32,000 nucleotides of DNA from Pseudomonas aeruginosa. GTDB taxonomy: Bacteria > Pseudomonadota > Gammaproteobacteria > Pseudomonadales > Pseudomonadaceae. The position numbers and the translations under genes were made by a program. Within the stretch, counting starts at the first letter, position 1; every line of letters begins with the position of its first letter. The stretch spans positions 930,001 to 962,000 of the forward strand of contig NZ_LN831024.1 in NCBI RefSeq assembly GCF_001457615.1, written 5' to 3'. Shown piece by piece: positions 27,579 to 32,000 of this stretch. The notes beneath the pieces are model-generated. The model searched no databases and was not told the origin of the DNA. It worked only from the letters and a program-made list of their open reading frames with translations.

Positions 27579-28086
27579 GCATCCTGATCAGGCGCCGGCG
27601 CAGCCGGTGCCGCCGTCGGTCTGGCGCAATCCCTGGCATTTCCTCGCCTTCGGCTTCGGCTCCGGCACCCTGCCCAAGGCGCCGGGCACCTGGGGGTCGC
27701 TGGTGGCCATCCCGTTCATCCCGCTGTGGCAGATGCTGCCGGACTGGGGCTACTGGCTGATGCTGGGAGTGACCATGCTGTTCGGCTTCTGGCTGTGCGG
27801 CAAGGTCGCCGACGACCTGCGCGTGCACGACCACGAAGGCATCGTCTGGGACGAGATGGTCGGCATGTGGATAACCCTCTGGCTGGTGCCGGAGGGCTGG
27901 TGGTGGCTGCTGATCGGCTTCGTCGTGTTCCGCATCGTGGATATTCTCAAGCCCTGGCCGATCAGTTGGGTGGACCGCAACGTGCACGGCGGCGTCGGGA
28001 TCATGCTCGACGACGTCCTGGCCGGGGTATTCGCCTGGCTGGTCATGCAGGGTCTAGTCTGGGGATGGGTACACTGGCTGGTCTGA
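27571..28086 (+). CDS. pgpA: Phosphatidylglycerophosphatase A
   Basis: FGFGSGTLPKAPGTWGSLVAIPF, DHEGIVWDEMVGMWITL, RIVDILKPWPISWVDRNVHGGVGIMLDDVLAG. GTG start. Confidence 0.95.
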   Translation: MTEHPDQAPAQPVPPSVWRNPWHFLAFGFGSGTLPKAPGTWGSLVAIPFIPLWQMLPDWGYWLMLGVTMLFGFWLCGKVADDLRVHDHEGIVWDEMVGMWITLWLVPEGWWWLLIGFVVFRIVDILKPWPISWVDRNVHGGVGIMLDDVLAGVFAWLVMQGLVWGWVHWLV

Positions 28087-28094
28087 GGCCTCCC

Positions 28095-28841
28095 ATGCGT
28101 CTGCTCGTCCTGTTCTGCTGCCTGTGGCTGCTGCCCGGCGTCGCTTCCGCCGCCCCCTCCGTGGGCGAGATCCGCGTGGTCAGCGAAACCTGGACGCGCT
28201 ACACCCAGGAGGACGGTCGCGGGGTGGCCTGGGACCTGCTGCGGGCCGTCTACGAGCCGGCCGGGGTACGCCTGCGGATCGCCAACGAGCCCTATACCCG
28301 GGCGGTCGGCCTGGTCCTGCGCGGCGAGGCCGACGCCTGGGTCGGCGCCTACCGCGGGGAAATCGACGAAGCGCTTTATCCTCGCTGGCCCTATGACGTC
28401 GATCCGATCGCCGTGCTTTCCCTGAAAGACAATCCGCCGCCGCCACTGGAGGGCCTGAGCCGGTTCCGCCTGTCATGGATGCGTGGCTACGCCTTCGCCC
28501 GCTATTTCCCTACCCTGACCCCGCACAGCGAGTTGCAGCGCCGCACCTCGGCGCTGCCGATGCTGCTCAACCACCGGGTCGACTATTTCATCGATTCGCG
28601 TCCGGAACTCGAGGAAATGCTCGCAGGGGCCGGAGCGCTGGCGGCTGAGTACCGCATCACCGACGTCACTCGGTTGCCGCTGTATCTTGGCTTCTCCGAT
28701 TCCCCCAGGGGCCGTGAGCTGCTGGCGCTGTTCGACCGGCGCATGCGGCAGTTGCATGCCAGCGGCGAGCTGGAGCGGATCTTCGCCCGCTGGAACTGGC
28801 CCTATGCGCCGTTGAAGGCAATCCTGCCACCCAAGGAGTGA
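28095..28841 (+). CDS. Periplasmic solute-binding-like protein (PBP2 / SBP_bac_3 type)
   Basis: Signal peptide MRLLVLFCCLWLLPGVASA; ETWTRYTQEDGRGVAWDLLRAVYEPAGVRLRIANEPYTRAVGLVLRGEADAWVGAY. Confidence 0.82.
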   Translation: MRLLVLFCCLWLLPGVASAAPSVGEIRVVSETWTRYTQEDGRGVAWDLLRAVYEPAGVRLRIANEPYTRAVGLVLRGEADAWVGAYRGEIDEALYPRWPYDVDPIAVLSLKDNPPPPLEGLSRFRLSWMRGYAFARYFPTLTPHSELQRRTSALPMLLNHRVDYFIDSRPELEEMLAGAGALAAEYRITDVTRLPLYLGFSDSPRGRELLALFDRRMRQLHASGELERIFARWNWPYAPLKAILPPKE

Positions 28842-29488
28842 TCATGCTGCGGCTGTGCGTCGCCCTGTTTTCCAGCGCTCTCGCGTTGTCCTCGCTGGCC
28901 GCGCCCCAGGTGTTCGTGGTCGGCCTGTTCCCCGGCGCGGCGGTACTCAACGTCGATGGCCAGCGCAAGCTGGTCAGGGTCGGCCAGACCGGCCCGCAGG
29001 GCGTCCAGGTGGTCAGCGCCGACAGCCGCAAGGCGGTGCTGCGGATCGACGGCGTCGAGCGCACCTACGAACTGAGCCGCGAATACAACGAGGCAGGCTA
29101 TTCGGCGCCGCAGCGGCAAAGCTTCAGCATAGCCCGCGGTACGGGCGGGCACTATTGGGTGGCTGGCTCGGTGAACGGGCAGAACATGCAGTTCCTGGTG
29201 GATACCGGCGCCACCAGCATCGCCATGAACGAGAACGAGGCGCGCCGCCTGGGTATCGATTACCGGGTGGACGGCAAGCCGATGGTCGCCTCCACTGCCA
29301 GCGGAACCTCGCGCGGCTGGCGGGTGACCCTGGACCGGGTGAAGATCGGCGGTATCGAGTTGCTGGGTGTCGAGGCGGCGGTGATCGAGGGTGGCTATCC
29401 GACCGAAGCCCTGCTCGGCATGAGTTTCCTCAACCGGGTGCGTTGGCGCGAGGAACAGGGAATGCTGCTTATCGAGGCCAAGCATTGA
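28838..29488 (+). CDS. Retropepsin-like aspartic protease domain protein (TIGR02281-like)
   Basis: Active-site-like QFLVDTGATSIAMNENEARRLGIDY; ALLGMSFLNRV; signal peptide. GTG at 28838 or ATG at 28844. Confidence 0.85.
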   Translation: MIMLRLCVALFSSALALSSLAAPQVFVVGLFPGAAVLNVDGQRKLVRVGQTGPQGVQVVSADSRKAVLRIDGVERTYELSREYNEAGYSAPQRQSFSIARGTGGHYWVAGSVNGQNMQFLVDTGATSIAMNENEARRLGIDYRVDGKPMVASTASGTSRGWRVTLDRVKIGGIELLGVEAAVIEGGYPTEALLGMSFLNRVRWREEQGMLLIEAKH

Positions 29489-29618
29489 ATGTCGCTCGCT
29501 CATAACCCGGGGTTCTATTCATCGTCCATCTCGATAGGTATTTGCGGCATTTCGAGCTGACCGGGCGCCGGACGCTGCTGGTACAATGGCGGACTTCCGT
29601 TTCCCTAGGAGTTCCCCG

Positions 29619-30236
29619 GTGTCCGTCGTGTTCGTCGCCGCCTCCAAACTGCCGACTCCCTTCGGCGAATTCACCATGCATGGTTTCCTCGACGAGGAGA
29701 GCGGCAAGGAACATGTAGCCCTGAGCATGGGCGACATCGCCGATGGCGCGCCGGTGCTTGGTCGCCTGCATTCCGAATGCCTGACCGGCGACGCGCTGTT
29801 CAGCCTGCGCTGCGATTGCGGTTTCCAGCTGGAAGGCGCGCTTGCCGCCATCGCCGAGGAGGGCCGCGGCGTGCTCCTCTACCTGCGCCAGGAAGGTCGC
29901 GGCATCGGCCTGCTGAACAAGATCCGTGCCTATGAATTGCAGGATGGCGGTGCCGACACCGTCGAGGCGAACCTGCAACTGGGTTTTGGCGCCGACCAGC
30001 GCGACTACGCCATGTGCCAGCCGATGCTCGCGCACCTGGGCGTCTCCTCCCTGCGCCTGATGACCAACAATCCGCGCAAGGTCAAGGCGCTGGAAAGCTA
30101 CGCCATCACCGTGGCGGAGCGCGTGCCGCTGCAAAAGGGCCTGAACAAGCACAACAGGCGCTACCTGGCGACCAAGGCCGGCAAGCTCGGGCACATGCTC
30201 GGCAGCCTGCACCAGGGCGAGGCGGAAACCACGTGA
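29619..30236 (+). CDS. ribA: GTP cyclohydrolase II
   Basis: [64 protein letters not shown] start chosen by homology and length. Confidence 0.96.
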   Translation: MSVVFVAASKLPTPFGEFTMHGFLDEESGKEHVALSMGDIADGAPVLGRLHSECLTGDALFSLRCDCGFQLEGALAAIAEEGRGVLLYLRQEGRGIGLLNKIRAYELQDGGADTVEANLQLGFGADQRDYAMCQPMLAHLGVSSLRLMTNNPRKVKALESYAITVAERVPLQKGLNKHNRRYLATKAGKLGHMLGSLHQGEAETT

Positions 30237-30652
30237 GTCGCCAGCAAGCCCGCGGCGCGCTGGGACGTGCCTGGTGGTTGCAACTGGCGTTGGCGCTGTT
30301 GCCGCTGATCCTGGTCGAGTTCTTCCTCGGCGAACTGCAACCCCTTCCCCATGGCCTGGCGATGCCGCTGTTCATCGCCGCGCTGCTGTCGATGTTCGTC
30401 AACCTGCCGCTGTTCGGTGCCTACAAGCGTGGTCTCATCGCCACCCAGAAAGCGCTGGATACGGCGGAGGAAGCCGCCGCCTGGACCCGTCTGGCGCAGG
30501 TGCGCCGCAAGGCCCTGTTCGGCGCCAGCCTGCCGGCCTGGATCGGCGTGCCGGGTGTGTTCGCCGGGCTCAACGGCGTTGCGCTGATCCTGCTCGGGAT
30601 CACCAGCCTGGTGCTGTTCTGGCTCTACCGTATTCCGCGTCAACTCGGTTGA
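30233..30652 (+). CDS. Small conserved membrane protein
   Basis: [35 protein letters not shown]... with several hydrophobic segments; GTGA overlap with the ribA stop; stop TGA shares its A with the next ATG. Confidence 0.75.
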   Translation: MSRQQARGALGRAWWLQLALALLPLILVEFFLGELQPLPHGLAMPLFIAALLSMFVNLPLFGAYKRGLIATQKALDTAEEAAAWTRLAQVRRKALFGASLPAWIGVPGVFAGLNGVALILLGITSLVLFWLYRIPRQLG

Positions 30653-31449
30653 TGCGCTCGTTCTGGCTGCTCGCCTGCCTGCTCCTCAGCCTTTCCGCCG
30701 GGGCGGCGCAGCGGGTGGTCAGCCTGGCGCCTTCGCTGACCGACAGCGTCCTCGAACTCGGCGCCGCGCGCCGCCTGGTCGGCGTGCTGGATGGTGGCGA
30801 GCGTCCGGCGGCGATTGGCGACCTGCCTTCCGTCGGCCGCTACGGCCAGGTCAATCTCGAACGCCTGCTGGAACTGCAGCCCGATCTGATCCTGGTCTGG
30901 CCCGGCAGCGTGCCCGAGGCGCAGTTGCAGCGTCTGCGGGACTTCGGCATCGCCCTCTTCATCGCCGAACCGCACAGCCTCGACGAACTGGCCCTGCAAC
31001 TGGCTGCGCTGGGCGAGGCATTGGGCGAGGCCGAGGCCGGCCAGCGGCTGTCGACCAGGTTCCGCGAAGGCATGCGGCGCCTGGCCGAGCGCTACCGGCG
31101 GGACAAGCCGCTGAAGGTGTTCTACCAGGTCTGGGACCGGCCGCTGTACACCATTGGCGGACGCCAGGTGATCAGCGATGCGCTGCGCGTCTGCGGTGCC
31201 GAGAACCTGTTCGGCGACCTGCCGCAGCCGGCGCCGCAGGTCAGCGTCGAGGCGGTTCTGGCGCGCGATCCGGCGGTCATCGTCGCCGGCAGTCACGCCC
31301 AGCTCGAACTCTGGCGGCAATGGCCGGCGCTGGCGGCGACGCGGCGCGGACAGCTGTACCGGATCGAAGACAAGAACCTTGAGCGGCCGAGCTTCGCCAT
31401 GCTGGCGGCGACCGAGAAACTCTGCCGCTCGCTCGCCGGGGCGCGCTGA
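30652..31449 (+). CDS. Periplasmic cobalamin-binding protein BtuF-like (ABC helical-backbone SBP)
   Basis: Signal peptide [19 protein letters not shown]; RVVSLAPSLTDSVLELGAARRLVGV; NLERLLELQPDLILVW; LARDPAVIVAG. Confidence 0.85.
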   Translation: MRSFWLLACLLLSLSAGAAQRVVSLAPSLTDSVLELGAARRLVGVLDGGERPAAIGDLPSVGRYGQVNLERLLELQPDLILVWPGSVPEAQLQRLRDFGIALFIAEPHSLDELALQLAALGEALGEAEAGQRLSTRFREGMRRLAERYRRDKPLKVFYQVWDRPLYTIGGRQVISDALRVCGAENLFGDLPQPAPQVSVEAVLARDPAVIVAGSHAQLELWRQWPALAATRRGQLYRIEDKNLERPSFAMLAATEKLCRSLAGAR

Positions 31450-31474
31450 ATGCTTGCCGGTATCGCGCTGTACC

Positions 31475-31552
31475 GGCGAATAACGCCGGTGGCGTTATTC
31501 GCCCTACGGGCAATTGGGGGGTAGGGCGAATAACCGCAACGCGGTTATCCGC
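31475..31552. repeat. REP-like palindrome pair in inverted orientation (BIME-like)
   Basis: GGCGAATAACGCC-ggt-GGCGTTATTCGCC (31475-31503) and GCGAATAACCGC-aac-GCGGTTATCCGC (31526-31552, one mismatch), both with the GTAGGGCGAATAAC signature, in opposite orientations. Confidence 0.8.
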
Positions 31553-31572
31553 CGTTGTCGCTGGGTTTGGCG

Positions 31573-32000
31573 CTATTGCCGGTCGAGACGCTGGCGTACC
31601 GCCTTTTCGATGCCCGCGGCATCCAGGCCGCATTCGGCGAGCATCTCGCTGGGCTTGGCGTGTTCGACGTAGTAGTCGGGCAGGCCCAGTTGCAGCAGCG
31701 GGACTTCGAGGCCCTCGCTGGCGAGGAACTCGCCGACCGCCGAGCCGGCGCCGCCCATCACGGCGTTTTCCTCGATGGTCACCAGCAGTTCGTGGCTGCC
31801 CGCCAGTTCGCGTACCAGGGCTTCGTCGAGGGGTTTGACGAAACGCATGTCGACGACCGTGGCGTCGAGGCTTTCGGCGACCTTCATCGCCTCCGCCAAC
31901 TGCACGCCGAAGACCAGCAGTGCGACCCTGCCGCCGCGCCGACGGACCACGCCCTTGCCGATCTCCACCGGTTGCAGGTCCGGATCGATCGGATGGTTGG
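31573..32000 (-). CDS. dxs: 1-deoxy-D-xylulose-5-phosphate synthase, C-terminal part (runs off the right edge)
   Basis: [68 protein letters not shown] (transketolase C-terminal domain). Frame stays open to 32000. Confidence 0.93.
   Translation of the reverse strand, partial: NHPIDPDLQPVEIGKGVVRRRGGRVALLVFGVQLAEAMKVAESLDATVVDMRFVKPLDEALVRELAGSHELLVTIEENAVMGGAGSAVGEFLASEGLEVPLLQLGLPDYYVEHAKPSEMLAECGLDAAGIEKAVRQRLDRQ

Noticed and set aside
1-32000. Search for CRISPR arrays, retrons, toxin-antitoxin, anti-phage systems, IS elements or integrated phage
   Set aside because: No regularly spaced repeats, reverse transcriptase, nuclease, transposase or integrase signatures were seen. Gene order looks like conserved chromosome.

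Overview
This 32 kb GC-rich window reads as ordinary Pseudomonas aeruginosa core chromosome. From memory of family content and gene order, it matches PAO1 loci PA4080 down to PA4044; no database search was run. Main contents: a NarL/LuxR-type response regulator (probably the one beside the cupB fimbrial cluster); an SDR gene downstream of an orphan single-module NRPS with A-T-reductase architecture and no condensation domain; a small XRE regulator with a small membrane protein; a SAM methyltransferase tail-to-tail with a LuxR-type regulator; an aldehyde dehydrogenase / amino acid permease / hypothetical / AraC group; two NAD-dependent sugar-epimerase-like genes; oprG; a His-rich DUF2796 (ZrgA-like) / ABC / DUF3299 cluster with a Zur-like operator; a YbbN-type thioredoxin; nrdR-ribD-(FMN riboswitch)-ribC-ribBA-like-ribH-nusB-thiL-pgpA; a retropepsin-like protein; ribA; a BtuF-like protein; a REP-like inverted-repeat pair; and the 3' part of dxs. 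No CRISPR array, phage, IS element, toxin-antitoxin or defence island was recognised. The best leads are the orphan A-T-R NRPS/SDR pair, the leader between the FMN riboswitch and ribC (an SD-bearing small ORF whose SD is in a hairpin and which overlaps the ribC start), the degenerate GTP cyclohydrolase II domain in the RibB protein, and the Zur-like site before the His-rich metal-protein operon. Coordinates follow the supplied ORF track, with start codons adjusted where homology, SD or gene overlap suggested; hand-counted positions may be off by 1-2 nt.
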